Positions 9,138 through 19,781 of a stretch of DNA of 64,000 nucleotides are shown here, in pieces. The notes under the pieces are model-generated. The model did not search any database and was not told where the DNA came from. It saw only the letters and a list, made by a program, of their open reading frames with translations. A program made the position numbers and the translations under genes. Where the stretch lies: the NCBI GenBank assembly GCA_965223325.1, contig CBDCWI010000002.1, positions 1,664,001-1,728,000 of the forward strand. The letters run 5' to 3'. The first letter of the stretch is position 1. Every line of letters starts with the position of its first letter. This DNA comes from Candidatus Multivoradales bacterium. GTDB lineage: Bacteria > Acidobacteriota > Thermoanaerobaculia > Multivoradales > Multivoraceae.

Positions 9138-12014
9138 TCACTCGGCATTAGCGGGCACGCCAAGAGGGCCCGGCCCGGCAAGACGAGCGAGAAGCCAATG
9201 TGCGGTTTCGGCGGCAATCTCGCTCGTTGACGTCGTTGCCTGCTGCGCGACCCGTGCCGCCACTCTGGACTCGAGCGCCTGTGCCACCTCGTAGAGAGCC
9301 GCAGCAGCGATCCACTCGCGGGCGTGATCGACGGGCTTCCCATCGGCGCGCGTTGCGGCCAGCGAGAGTTCGCATAACGTCTCGGCGCGCCCTTCTAGAA
9401 CCTCGCCGGTCTCGCGCTCGGCCAACCGCAGGCGCGCCGTCAGCGGAAGATCGTCGATGACCGAGAGCACGGCCCGACGCAGGGGGCCCGTCAGGATGTT
9501 GTCGAGGTACTCGAGGGCATGACCTCCGACCTCCGTCGAGGTGGAGTGAAGACCACGCCGAACCAGGCCGATGTCGGAGCGGTCGGCGAGCATCTCGAGC
9601 AGGTCGAAAATGTTGTGGACCAACTCCTGCATCGACTCCGCCAACAGGCGCTCGAGGAGCGAAGGCACCTTGCCTTCGGCGAAGCAGACCTGGCCACCGA
9701 CGAGCTTGAAGCGCCGGAGCGGATCGAGGGCAGCCAGGCGTTGAAGCCTCGCAAGGTAGGCACGACACTCTCTCTCGATCTGGCTCCTGACCGCTGCCGC
9801 CTGTTCGTCGCTGAAGCGGAACCCCTCTAGCGAGCGCAGCGCCTCGATCACCTTGCGCCTCAGGAAGGAGTCGCTAGAGTCGAGACTGGCGATCAGCGCT
9901 GCCATCGCGGACTCGGTTCCGACCCGCGCAACCGTCTTGGGAAGCGCCCGGCGCACCCACAGCTGCTCGTCCTCTGCCGACATGAAGTGAGCCAGCGCCG
10001 GTACGACCGTCTCCCCATAGCTGACCAGCGTTGAGCGCGCCTCATGCTTGACGTGGCGATGGCCGAGAAGCGAAATCAGAATCGGAATGTAGAGCGGTTG
10101 CGGCCCGGAGTTCTCCATCCGCCTCGAAAGCGACGCCACGGCAGCACGAACCACCGCCGGGTCGCGATCGTAGAGCAGGGTGACCGCATGCTGCTGGAAG
10201 CGCGGCTCGGGTACTTCGGCAAGCGCCTTGGCAGCTTCGATCCGAACGGCGGCCGACGAATCGGTCACCAGCTCGACGAACGCGGCCTCAGCCTCCGCCA
10301 ACCACGACTCATCTTCTTGCGCGGCCAGGCATGCCACGGCGGCGGCGCGAACCCGCAAGTCGCCGTCGTGCAGTCTGGTGCGCATCAACACCGGAGCCTC
10401 CTGGTCCGACAGTCTTGCCATGGTGCGAATCGCAATCGCCCGTACATCGGGGTCGTCGTCACCGATCAGCGAGGTGACGAGGGGCAAGGCCTCGCGCCGC
10501 TCAGCGGCCGCAACGACCTTGAGCACTCGAAGGCGCACGGCGGCGTCCTCGTGGTGCAAGAGAAGCGGCGGTACCAAAGACCCCTTACCGTGTGCAGTGA
10601 GGAGCTCGATTGCACCCAGCGCGCGCTGGCCGTTGAGACTGCCCATCGCTTCGACGAGTGCCTCAATCGCCCCCGGCGAGGAGAGATCGAAACGACGCGC
10701 CAACTCGTTCTCACTGATTCCACTCGGCGCCAGGCTCTGACGTAGGGAAGCGACGTACTCGCGGCGAGCCGAGAAGGTAAACAGCAACCAACCCAGGCAC
10801 GCCGCCAGCGTCAACCAGCCGGCATCGAGCGGCGTGAGCAACCCGAAGGTAACCAAAAAGAGCAGGAGGGCGGCGGCGCTCTTGGCAAAGCGCTGGACCA
10901 GAACGTCGATGTAGGCCTTCGCCTTGCGCCGGTCGCGCTCGGGAACCGGGACGAAGAGGAGTTCGCGGGTCGACTGGTCGAGAGAGTGCCTTAGGCCGTT
11001 CTCCCCGACTTTCAGACCCGCAACGATCAGAAGAATGAGTGCCGGCGCGAAACTCACCGCAAAGAACAGCATCAGCGTCCCGGCAATCAGACCGCTCGGC
11101 AGGACCCGCATGGCAAAGCCAACGCCAAGGGAACGATGAATGCGCGAGGTGAGAAGCAACTGAAAGGCGAACGCCGCCAGCCCCATGACGCTGAAGACGT
11201 TGCCGAACACCAGGGTGCGTTCGGCTAGCGAACTCGTTTGCTGCTCGACAACCCAGTTGAACTGCAGGTCGATGACCTGTGCGACCACGACGCTGAGCAC
11301 CATGAGCGCCGAGATCGCCATCAGAAGGCGCGAACCGAGAATCACCTCGAGACCGCCGCGCGGATCATTCCCCGACACCGGCTCCGGCTCGGGCCGTCCC
11401 TGCGCTCGTGCGCGGGACTCAACGAAAAACGTCAGGATCGCAATGCCGCCGAGAAGAATCGCCGCCGCGATCAAGGTGCGCTGCGGGTCGCCGCCCACCA
11501 GACGCGGGATCTGACCACCGGCAACCGCTCCTAGGAGTCCACCGGCGCTGATGAAACCGAACAGACGCCGTGCTTGGCGCGGATCGAAGAGCTGCTGGGC
11601 GAACGACCAGAACTGGCTCATCGCCAGAACCGTGGCCACCGACACCCAGAGGTAGAACAGCACGCGTATCCACGCCGAAGGCTGCGCAAACAAATAGGCG
11701 AACACCAGCATGCCGGTTGCCAGGAGAGTCGACGTCCCGGCCAGGACCACCTGCAGACGCCATCGATCGGTCGCCGCGGCATACAGTCGAATGACCGGAT
11801 AGGCCACGATCGCAACCAGCAGATAGACAAAGGGCAGGCGCTCGGCACCCAGCGAGTCGACGAAGGTCGACTGGCGCACGGTCTTGGCGGCGTACTGAAA
11901 CGTCCCGAGCAAGAAGCAGTGCGAGAAGAACAGGAAGGCGAGCATCGACTCGCGTCGCCTCAGGTCGACTCCCAAGGCACGCAGGAGCGCCCGCAATCGG
12001 GAAGCGAGACTCAT
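9138..12014 (-). CDS. Npt1/Npt2 (TLC, ATP/ADP translocase-like) nucleotide transporter fused to HEAT repeats
   Basis: About 12 TM N-terminal domain with KTVRQSTF, SQFWSFAQQLFDPRQARRLFGFI, RHSLDQSTRELLFVPVP..RKAKAYID; C-terminal HEAT repeats (DDDPDVRAIAI, DGDLRVRAAAV, DRDPAVVRAAV). Confidence 0.85.
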   Translation of the reverse strand: MSLASRLRALLRALGVDLRRRESMLAFLFFSHCFLLGTFQYAAKTVRQSTFVDSLGAERLPFVYLLVAIVAYPVIRLYAAATDRWRLQVVLAGTSTLLATGMLVFAYLFAQPSAWIRVLFYLWVSVATVLAMSQFWSFAQQLFDPRQARRLFGFISAGGLLGAVAGGQIPRLVGGDPQRTLIAAAILLGGIAILTFFVESRARAQGRPEPEPVSGNDPRGGLEVILGSRLLMAISALMVLSVVVAQVIDLQFNWVVEQQTSSLAERTLVFGNVFSVMGLAAFAFQLLLTSRIHRSLGVGFAMRVLPSGLIAGTLMLFFAVSFAPALILLIVAGLKVGENGLRHSLDQSTRELLFVPVPERDRRKAKAYIDVLVQRFAKSAAALLLFLVTFGLLTPLDAGWLTLAACLGWLLFTFSARREYVASLRQSLAPSGISENELARRFDLSSPGAIEALVEAMGSLNGQRALGAIELLTAHGKGSLVPPLLLHHEDAAVRLRVLKVVAAAERREALPLVTSLIGDDDPDVRAIAIRTMARLSDQEAPVLMRTRLHDGDLRVRAAAVACLAAQEDESWLAEAEAAFVELVTDSSAAVRIEAAKALAEVPEPRFQQHAVTLLYDRDPAVVRAAVASLSRRMENSGPQPLYIPILISLLGHRHVKHEARSTLVSYGETVVPALAHFMSAEDEQLWVRRALPKTVARVGTESAMAALIASLDSSDSFLRRKVIEALRSLEGFRFSDEQAAAVRSQIERECRAYLARLQRLAALDPLRRFKLVGGQVCFAEGKVPSLLERLLAESMQELVHNIFDLLEMLADRSDIGLVRRGLHSTSTEVGGHALEYLDNILTGPLRRAVLSVIDDLPLTARLRLAERETGEVLEGRAETLCELSLAATRADGKPVDHAREWIAAAALYEVAQALESRVAARVAQQATTSTSEIAAETAHWLLARLAGPGPLGVPANAE

Positions 12015-12190
12015 CGCCGCGGGCCTTGGGCAGCAGGCGAGACGAGACCTCCAGGCCCTCTGTTCATGGACCCCCTCTGGCGGGCACGGTGCTGATTGAC
12101 CTCACGTGACCTCTGTATACGTTGGGAAGAGTGCAATAGATGCTAACCGAGTGACCCGCACGACGATCGAGAGCCCGGTACCATTGCCCT

Positions 12191-14164
12191 ATGACCGGTT
12201 TCGCATGGCATCCCGGCGCCGAGCACCTCGAACAGAGCCGCATCGCGCGCTTCATGAATCGCCACAGCATCGCGACCCCCAGCGAGCTACGGAGGCGCTC
12301 GACAGACGACCTCGCCTGGTTCTGGCAGGCAGCAATCGAGGACCTGGGAATCGAATTCGATCAACCCTACGAACAGGTCCTCGACAAGAGCGCCGGCGTG
12401 CCCTTTACGGAATGGTTCACCGGCGGCCGTCTCAACCTGGTCGGCAACTGCCTCCACCGCCATCGCGGCGGCCCCCTGGCCGATACCCCGTGTCTAGTGG
12501 GTCTGCACGAGACCGACGGCTCTGGCACCGAAGAGGTGCGCTACACCTTCGCCCAGCTCGCCGCCGAAGTCGACCGCTGCGCCGCTGCTCTCGTGCGGGC
12601 CGGTATCGAGCCTGGCGATCGGGTCGCCGCCTACATGCCGATGATCAGCGAAGTCGTCGTCCAGATGTTGGCCACCATTCAGGTCGGGGCGGTTTTCGTA
12701 CCAGTCTTCAGCGGCTATGCGCCGGCGGCCCTGGCAGAGCGGGTCCAGGACGCCAAGGCACGCCTGCTTTTCGTTGCCGACCGTTCCTCGAGGCGTGGCA
12801 AGCCGGTCGCCATCCTGCCCAACGCGCAGGAGGCGCTGGAAGAATGCCCGAGCGTCGAGAAGATGGTGGTCGTCGTCCGAGGTTTGCCCGGCGACCCGGA
12901 AGTCGAGCTCGACCTGGGTCGAGACGTCGCCTGGTCTGAGTTTCTCGCCAGCGGAAGCGGTGCCGGACAAACCGGTGAGCCGGTTTCGATGGCAGCGATG
13001 GATCCGGCGCTCATTCTCTACACCTCGGGCACCACTGGGCGACCGAAAGGCACCGTACACTCCCACGCCGGCACCCTCGTGCAACTCGCCAAGGAAGTCG
13101 GCTACGCCTTTGACGTTCACCCCGGCGACCGCTTTTTCTGGTTTACCGATATCGGCTGGATGATGGGTCCCTGGGCGATCATCGGCGGCCTCTTCCACGG
13201 CGGCACCGTCTACCTCTACGAAGGTGCCATCGACCACCCCACACCCGATGCGCTCTGGGCACTGCTCGAGAAGCATGAGATCAGCATCTTCGGGATCTCG
13301 CCCACCGCGATTCGGATGTTGATGGGGCTGGGGACCGAAGTGGTCGAGCGCCGCGACCGCAGCGCCCTGCGCATCCTGGGCTCGACCGGCGAACCGTGGG
13401 ACCCTGAGAGTTGGCAGTGGTACTTCGAACACCTGGGCGGCAAGCGCTGTCCGGTGATCAACATTTCGGGCGGCACCGACATCATCGGCTGCTTCTTGTC
13501 ACCGCTGCCCGTCGATCCGATCAAGCCGTGCTCTCTGGTCGGGCCAGGCCTCGGGATGGCGGTCGAAGTGTGGAATGACGAAGGCCAGCCGGTTAGAGGC
13601 GACGTCGGCTACCTGGTCGCCACCCAGCCCGCACCGTCGATGACTCGCGGGCTGTGGGGTGATCGCGAGCGCTACCTGGAGGCCTACTGGTCGCGGTGGC
13701 CCAACGTCTGGAACCACGGCGACTGGGCAATCATCGACGAGGACGGGCAGTGGTTCCTGCAGGGCCGTTCGGACGACACCCTGAAGGTCGCTGGGCGGCG
13801 CATCGGGCCCGCCGAGCTCGAAGGTGCGCTCATCGAAACCGGCCACGTCAGGGAAGCGGCAGCGGTCGGCGTACCCCACGACATCAAGGGCACCGGCATC
13901 GTCTGCTTCGCCGTCCTGCTGCCGGGTATCGAAGCGACCGAGGAACTGCGCCAGGAACTCGAGGCCGCAGTCGTCAGGCGACTCGGTAAGGTCGACCGCC
14001 CGGAGCGCATCGTCTTCGTCCCCGACCTTCCAAAGACCCGCTCGGCCAAGATTCTGCGGCGCATGGTGCGCGCCCGCTACCTGGGTGAGGACCCGGGGGA
14101 TCTGGCCTCGGTACAGAACCCTGAAGCGCTGGCGGGAATCCCCGTAGCCTCCACGGAGGTTTGA
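12191..14164 (+). CDS. Acetate/acyl-CoA ligase (AMP-forming)
   Basis: YTSGTTGRPKG, STGEPW, GRSDDTLKVAGRRIG, LPKTRSAKILRR. Confidence 0.9.
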   Translation: MTGFAWHPGAEHLEQSRIARFMNRHSIATPSELRRRSTDDLAWFWQAAIEDLGIEFDQPYEQVLDKSAGVPFTEWFTGGRLNLVGNCLHRHRGGPLADTPCLVGLHETDGSGTEEVRYTFAQLAAEVDRCAAALVRAGIEPGDRVAAYMPMISEVVVQMLATIQVGAVFVPVFSGYAPAALAERVQDAKARLLFVADRSSRRGKPVAILPNAQEALEECPSVEKMVVVVRGLPGDPEVELDLGRDVAWSEFLASGSGAGQTGEPVSMAAMDPALILYTSGTTGRPKGTVHSHAGTLVQLAKEVGYAFDVHPGDRFFWFTDIGWMMGPWAIIGGLFHGGTVYLYEGAIDHPTPDALWALLEKHEISIFGISPTAIRMLMGLGTEVVERRDRSALRILGSTGEPWDPESWQWYFEHLGGKRCPVINISGGTDIIGCFLSPLPVDPIKPCSLVGPGLGMAVEVWNDEGQPVRGDVGYLVATQPAPSMTRGLWGDRERYLEAYWSRWPNVWNHGDWAIIDEDGQWFLQGRSDDTLKVAGRRIGPAELEGALIETGHVREAAAVGVPHDIKGTGIVCFAVLLPGIEATEELRQELEAAVVRRLGKVDRPERIVFVPDLPKTRSAKILRRMVRARYLGEDPGDLASVQNPEALAGIPVASTEV

Positions 14165-14219
14165 ACAACCCTTGACATTCCAACCCTCACCTTCCTCCTC
14201 TCGACCGGAAACCCAGCGA

Positions 14220-15104
14220 ATGAACTGGCCCCCTGTTTCGACTCTCCGCCCCCTCAACCGACTAAAGCGTCTCCTCTGCCTCGCCATTTCGCTGTGCTGG
14301 ATCGGCCCCTTCGCCGGTTCCGCGCTAGCCGCCCAGGAGCCACTCGAGGTGGCACCCGGAAGCACCGTGCGCTGGATTGCTCTCGGAACGCAGACCTGCC
14401 ACCTCCGTGGAGCGGCAGGAGACGACCGCAGTTGGCCCGCCAAGAAGGGCATTTGCTACATCCCGATCGACCTGACGCGCACCGGAACCATCGAAGCCAT
14501 GCGCACCTTTCCCGACGGCCGTTATGAGCGCCTGACACTGCGGGTCGGCGACTATCCCTACCCGGAACAGCACATCAAGCTGCAAGATGACAGTCGCGTC
14601 AACCTCTCAGATGCCAATGCCGCGCGCGCCGGGCGCGAGCGCAAACTCATCGACGCCCTGTGGCCCCGCGAAACCGCCAGCCAGTTCGAGCTGCCGCTCC
14701 ATCCGCCGCTCGCCCAGCTTCCTGAGGGTGGTCGGTTCGGAACGCGGCGGGTGTTCAACGGTCAGCCGCGTGGCCCGCACACCGGCCGCGACTATTCCGT
14801 GCCCCGCGGCACTCCGGTGCTGGCGACCGCAAATGGACGGGTCGAACTCGCCGGCGATCACTTCTTCGGCGGCAAGAGCATCTTCATCGACCATGGGGAA
14901 GGACTGATCAGCATGTACTTCCACCTCGACTCGATCGACGTCGAGCAAGGCCAGCTCGTCGAACGCGGCAAGCCGATCGGCAAAGTCGGGAGCACGGGGC
15001 GCTCGACCGGACCGCACCTACACTTCGGGCTGCGGTGGCATGGAGCGCGAGTCGACCCGGCACCGTTGATGGCGGACCCGGAAAAGCTCACCAGCGCCCG
15101 CTGA
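14220..15104 (+). CDS. M23 family metallopeptidase, exported
   Basis: HTGRD (HxxxD), GRSTGPHLHFG, signal-like N-terminus. Confidence 0.9.
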   Translation: MNWPPVSTLRPLNRLKRLLCLAISLCWIGPFAGSALAAQEPLEVAPGSTVRWIALGTQTCHLRGAAGDDRSWPAKKGICYIPIDLTRTGTIEAMRTFPDGRYERLTLRVGDYPYPEQHIKLQDDSRVNLSDANAARAGRERKLIDALWPRETASQFELPLHPPLAQLPEGGRFGTRRVFNGQPRGPHTGRDYSVPRGTPVLATANGRVELAGDHFFGGKSIFIDHGEGLISMYFHLDSIDVEQGQLVERGKPIGKVGSTGRSTGPHLHFGLRWHGARVDPAPLMADPEKLTSAR

Positions 15105-15129
15105 GCATGTAGGCCTCTGAGGCAATTGA

Positions 15130-17526
15130 ATGGCCGATCCACCTGAACCAAAGCGAAGGGTACCCATCGTCTACGAGCCAACGGCTGGTGAGCTCTTCGC
15201 TGGGCGCTACCGGATCGAGAGCCTGCTCGGTCGCGGTGCCGCGGGCGCGGTGTGGGCGGCAACCGACGAGGCAGTGGGAGACCGCCTGGCGCTCAAGCTT
15301 CTGACCGCTGGCCCCGGCGACGCCGCCGAGCGCTTCCGTCGCGAGGTGCGGTTGGCGCGCCGCGTCACCCATCAGAACGCCGTCCGCATCTTCGATCTCG
15401 GCACGGTCGACGGCGTGCTCTATCTGACGATGGAGCTCATCGATGGCGAGAGTCTGCTCGAGACCCTCGAGCGCGAAGGTCGCATTGCAGTTGCTCAGGT
15501 GCTCGATATCGGTCGTCAGATCGCCACCGGGTTGCACGCCGCACACGCCGTCTCTGTCGTCCACCGCGACATCAAACCGGCCAACGTTCTTCTCGAGGTC
15601 GGCGGCCGCGTCGTTCTAACGGACTTCGGCGTCGCGCGGGCCGTCGCCAGCGATCCGCAGCTGACGGTAGGAAGCGCGATGATCGGAACGCCGTCCTACA
15701 TGGCGCCCGAACAAATCGAAGGCGGCACCGTCAGTCCAGCGACCGATCTCTACGCACTCGGAGCTCTGCTCTACGAGATGGCGACCGGGCGCTGCCCGTT
15801 TGTCGAAGACTCGGCGGTCGCCACCGCGGTGGCGCGCCTCCACAGACCACCCGAAGACCCACGCACGCACGCTTCGCTGCCTGACCAACTGGCGGCGCTC
15901 ATCCTGGAGCTCCTCGAGCTTGCTCCCGAAGATCGACCGACCGGAGCCGAGTACGTCGCGGCCTTACTCGGTGAACTCGAAGCGAAGGCCAGCGACCCAG
16001 ATGCTGCCGAAACCTTCATCGCGGTAGAGAGCCAGGTCGGAGACCGAGGTGTCAGCGCTCGAACAGGTGCTGCCACCGGCAGCGATGCGGGGGGCACCTT
16101 CGTCTCGATCGCTCCGGAGAACCGCACCCTGGCCGTCTTGCCGTTTCGCCACCGCGGACCATCCGAACACTCCTACCTCAGCGAGTCGCTGGCCGAAGAT
16201 CTCGTCGACATCTTCACCGCGACTCGCGGCTTGCGAGTCACCGCCAGCGGGGCGACCGCCAAGTACCACGGGCAAACCGTCGATCCGCGCGAGGCTGGAA
16301 GGGAGCTAGGGGCCGACGCGATCGTCGACGGCAGCGTGCGCATCGCGGGGACCAAGGTGACCGTGTCCGCAAGGCTGATCGATGTGCAGCCGGGCGAACA
16401 GCTGTGGGCAGACCGTTTCGATCTGGCGCTCGATGATGCGGTATCTGACCCGGACGTCACCGCCCAGCGCATCGCCGAACAGCTACGTCGCGAGCTCGAG
16501 CTCTTGAGCGCCCGGCACCAGGCGCCGGCGCAAGCGATCGAGCTCTTGATCAGGGCGCGCGAGCGTTCACTGTCGGGCGAGATCGCCGACGACGCGTTCA
16601 CCGAAGCCATGAAGCTGCTCGATGAGGCGATCGCCCTCGCTCCATCATTCGCCCTGGCCATAGCGACCCACGCCGAGTTCGCGGTTCGTCGATGGTTCCT
16701 GCCATCACGGGGCTCGGACGAGGACTTCGCGCGCGCGGCTCACGAATCCGTCGCGCGCGCCCTCCTGGAGGCCGCCGAGATTCCGCTCAGCCACTTCGCC
16801 GCCGGCCGCTTGGCGGTCAGCGATGGGCGCTTCTCCGATGCCGCGAGCGAGCTGGGGTTGGCGCTCCGCATGGCTCCCACGTTCGCGGCCGTCTACGACT
16901 ACCTTGGCATGCTGCAGTGCGAAGCCGGTCGCGCCGACGAGGGGGAGCGCAACATCGTGCTGGCGCAGCGCATCGATCCCAGCCTCCCGGTGAGACCCGA
17001 GCTTGCCCGCCGGCGGGCCTTGGCCAACCAGCTCGACGAGTACCGCGAACTGATCGAGGAAATGCGCGCAACGCCGTCAGCATCGCGCTTCATGGTGGAC
17101 TCGATCGAGATGCGTGTTGCAGGTTGGTACGGCGACGTCGAAGGAGTCAAGCGGTGTCGGCCCGCCTCGCTGCTTCCTCCCGAAAGCGAGTTCCTGGACT
17201 TCATGCTGGCTCAGCAGGCCTGCCTGATTGGCGAAGGCACACCCGAGGACCTGGTGCGCAACCTGGAGCGAGTACTCGGCTCGGGTGGCCCACGCCTCGA
17301 CGCGTTCATCCGTCAGTTGACCATCGAAGCCTTGGCGCCCGCAGGTGCCACTGAGGAGGCGATGGCACAGCTGCACGTTGCAGTAGCCAAGCCGGCCTTC
17401 GTCGATGCCGACTGGATGGAGCGCTGCCCCGCCCTCGAGTCTTTGCGCAGCCACGAGGACTTCGGCGGCCTCAGCGACGAGGTCCGGCGTCGAGCGGACG
17501 CGATCTGGTCTGTGCGCGCGTCATAG
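15130..17526 (+). CDS. Hanks-type Ser/Thr protein kinase with TolB-N-like and TPR domains
   Basis: GRGAAGAV, ALK, HRDIKPAN, DFG, GTPSYMAPE; LAVLPF...GSVR..LID domain; helical C-terminus. Confidence 0.9.
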   Translation: MADPPEPKRRVPIVYEPTAGELFAGRYRIESLLGRGAAGAVWAATDEAVGDRLALKLLTAGPGDAAERFRREVRLARRVTHQNAVRIFDLGTVDGVLYLTMELIDGESLLETLEREGRIAVAQVLDIGRQIATGLHAAHAVSVVHRDIKPANVLLEVGGRVVLTDFGVARAVASDPQLTVGSAMIGTPSYMAPEQIEGGTVSPATDLYALGALLYEMATGRCPFVEDSAVATAVARLHRPPEDPRTHASLPDQLAALILELLELAPEDRPTGAEYVAALLGELEAKASDPDAAETFIAVESQVGDRGVSARTGAATGSDAGGTFVSIAPENRTLAVLPFRHRGPSEHSYLSESLAEDLVDIFTATRGLRVTASGATAKYHGQTVDPREAGRELGADAIVDGSVRIAGTKVTVSARLIDVQPGEQLWADRFDLALDDAVSDPDVTAQRIAEQLRRELELLSARHQAPAQAIELLIRARERSLSGEIADDAFTEAMKLLDEAIALAPSFALAIATHAEFAVRRWFLPSRGSDEDFARAAHESVARALLEAAEIPLSHFAAGRLAVSDGRFSDAASELGLALRMAPTFAAVYDYLGMLQCEAGRADEGERNIVLAQRIDPSLPVRPELARRRALANQLDEYRELIEEMRATPSASRFMVDSIEMRVAGWYGDVEGVKRCRPASLLPPESEFLDFMLAQQACLIGEGTPEDLVRNLERVLGSGGPRLDAFIRQLTIEALAPAGATEEAMAQLHVAVAKPAFVDADWMERCPALESLRSHEDFGGLSDEVRRRADAIWSVRAS

Positions 17527-17552
17527 CGAGACGGTCAAGGAGCCCGAGGGCC

Positions 17553-17588
17553 GAGCCGAACCCGACAGCAGGCGGGTTCAGTCGGCTC
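17553..17588. terminator. Hairpin between convergent genes (probable terminator)
   Basis: GAGCCGA-ACCCG...CGGGT-TCGGCTC stem between stops at 17526 and 17607. Confidence 0.5.
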
Positions 17589-17606
17589 CCGTCAAAAGCG
17601 TGCTAC

Positions 17607-19781
17607 CTACTTATTCCCCTTGCCGTTGCCATTCCAGTTTCCATCGTCGCCACTCTCGAAGCCATCTTCATAGATCTTGCCCTGGCGTGCACGACGGAAG
17701 AATGCCTTGCAGGAAGTGGCGCTGCTGATGGTGAAGCGCGGAGCACATTGGGCGTCACCACGCCATCGATCGAAGACGTAGCCGGCGTCTGGTACGGCCT
17801 CGAGCAGAACCTCATCGCCGCGCGCAAAACTACCGGAGCAGGTGCCGCCCGAGTCGCGGTGACAGTTGATCGCGCTCGGATGAGAAACGATCCGGCCCCT
17901 TCCGTTGCCTCCAAAGGTAATGCCCAGGCGAACGGTCGTCGTAGCGGTGTCGAATCGGGCGGTGCAACTGCGGGCAGCGCTCATTCTGACCTCGCCACCC
18001 TGGCACTCCGCATCGCCGCTCCAACCGACAAACAGAGAACCGGAGCTTGGACTGGGAGTCAGCACAACGTTCGTATCCTCGGCAAAGGCCGCCGAACAGG
18101 TCGAGCCGCAGGAGATTCCGGAAGGACTGCTCGTGACAGTGCCCGACCCGGAACCGGTACGAGAAACCGTCAGCACGTGAGTCGGTGAGCTCGTCAGCTG
18201 GAAGGTCGCGCGGCAGGTGCGGTCACCGTTCATGGTCACGCTGGGGCACGCCGAAGATCCACTCCAGCCTGCAAACTCGGAGCCACTGGCGGGGGTCGCC
18301 GTCAGAGTCACCGTCGCCCCTTCGTCATAGGACTGCGAACAGTCACTGCCACACTGGATCCCGGCGGGGTCAGACGTCACCGTACCGCTACCGCTGCCGA
18401 GCCGTTCGACCGTCAAGCTGTGCTGTTCGGGTGGTAGTGCGCCCGAAACGTCGAGTTCGAGCCGATAGAGCTGTGCTACCGCACCACCGCTACCGCGAAC
18501 GACCGCGAAGTAGGTACCACTACCCGAAAGCCCGACGTTCTCGAGAAGCTCGGCGGCACCGAGACCGCTCGCGTCGGTCGACTCGATCAGACTGCCATCG
18601 GTAGCGAGGATCTCGAGCTCGAGGTCGAGTTGGCGACGACTGTTGAGCGTCGTGCCGGCCGAACAGGACCCGCCCGACTGCTGCGGGCCGCTCAGGTAGG
18701 AGCTACCGACCGGAGTGACCCTAGCCGTTACCGAGGCACTCGAACCGACGCTGAACGAGAAAAAGTCGACATCGCTGGTGTCGTCGAGACTGACGTTGTC
18801 GATGGTTGCCGATCCGTTCGAGAGTGATGCGGGCCTTGCAGTGCCCAGCGCGTCGTCGTCTTCCCGGTCGTCGCCGTAACCTCGGTTGACGGCCAGGATG
18901 TCGTCGTGCTGCGGTCCGTCGAAGGCCGTTGACAGGAACGGTTCCATCAACTTGGTCTGGTTGACCGGGCAGACGTGCGAGATGCCGAGACCGTGGCCAT
19001 GTTCGTGTGCCAGCACGTTCCGGAGGATGCGCGAATCGTTGGCGGTGTTGGCGAGGGTGCCATCGGCAGTATCGAGCACCATGTCGCCGAAGTTGGGAAA
19101 GAAGTTGTACGCCAGGACTCCACTGTTGCCGTCGATTGTGTGCCCTGAGATTCGAACGTCGCCGCGCACACCGAGAACTCCGGCCGGCATGCTGGCCTGG
19201 GTCAAGCTCGCCCCGTCGTCTGCCGGCTCGAAAACGTAGGTCACGCCCGAGAGTTCACCCCAGCGATCGAAGACACTCTGAATGATCGAACGCCACGTGC
19301 TCTCACTTCCGTAGACCGAGTTCAGAAACGAGCGCAGGTTGCTCGGCGACGAAGGTTCGCCGTTCCAGCCCTGGATGGGCGTGCCGTCTGGCACCACGCT
19401 CCAGGTCAGCGTCGTCGGTTCGCCCTCCTCGAGACAGCATCCATCCGTTGCAGTGCGCGTCCACCGTTCACCATCGTCGTACTGATGGCGCGTTGTGGGA
19501 GTCGATTGCAGCGAACTGAGCGTCGTCCACAACTGTCTCGTCGCGTACGACTCCACCACGTGGTCCGGCGTACCGGGCGCAAAGCAGGTCGCGGGCACCA
19601 GCAAGCGACGGGTCATCGCGTCCGCGTCTGGCGCAGGTTGAAGCGCAGTCGTCTCCGTGGCTGCGGAGGCCAGGAGTGGACTCGTGAGCGGGACTGGAAG
19701 GATTAGAACGAGGAACAAAAGAGGTTTGGGAAGAAAGCAAACATTCGACAGCAGACATCGCAGCGCTGAGCGACAACCCAT
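17607..19781 (-). CDS. Secreted matrixin-like (M10) metallopeptidase with PPC-like domain and three Cys-containing InlB B-repeat-like domains
   Basis: CFAPGTP, HEHGHGLGISH, KLMEP; repeats GSGSGTVTSxPxGIxCGxxCS...VTLTATP..GS.F.GWSG..C; C-terminal IYEDGFESGD; start uncertain. Confidence 0.85.
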   Translation of the reverse strand: MGCRSALRCLLSNVCFLPKPLLFLVLILPVPLTSPLLASAATETTALQPAPDADAMTRRLLVPATCFAPGTPDHVVESYATRQLWTTLSSLQSTPTTRHQYDDGERWTRTATDGCCLEEGEPTTLTWSVVPDGTPIQGWNGEPSSPSNLRSFLNSVYGSESTWRSIIQSVFDRWGELSGVTYVFEPADDGASLTQASMPAGVLGVRGDVRISGHTIDGNSGVLAYNFFPNFGDMVLDTADGTLANTANDSRILRNVLAHEHGHGLGISHVCPVNQTKLMEPFLSTAFDGPQHDDILAVNRGYGDDREDDDALGTARPASLSNGSATIDNVSLDDTSDVDFFSFSVGSSASVTARVTPVGSSYLSGPQQSGGSCSAGTTLNSRRQLDLELEILATDGSLIESTDASGLGAAELLENVGLSGSGTYFAVVRGSGGAVAQLYRLELDVSGALPPEQHSLTVERLGSGSGTVTSDPAGIQCGSDCSQSYDEGATVTLTATPASGSEFAGWSGSSACPSVTMNGDRTCRATFQLTSSPTHVLTVSRTGSGSGTVTSSPSGISCGSTCSAAFAEDTNVVLTPSPSSGSLFVGWSGDAECQGGEVRMSAARSCTARFDTATTTVRLGITFGGNGRGRIVSHPSAINCHRDSGGTCSGSFARGDEVLLEAVPDAGYVFDRWRGDAQCAPRFTISSATSCKAFFRRARQGKIYEDGFESGDDGNWNGNGKGNK

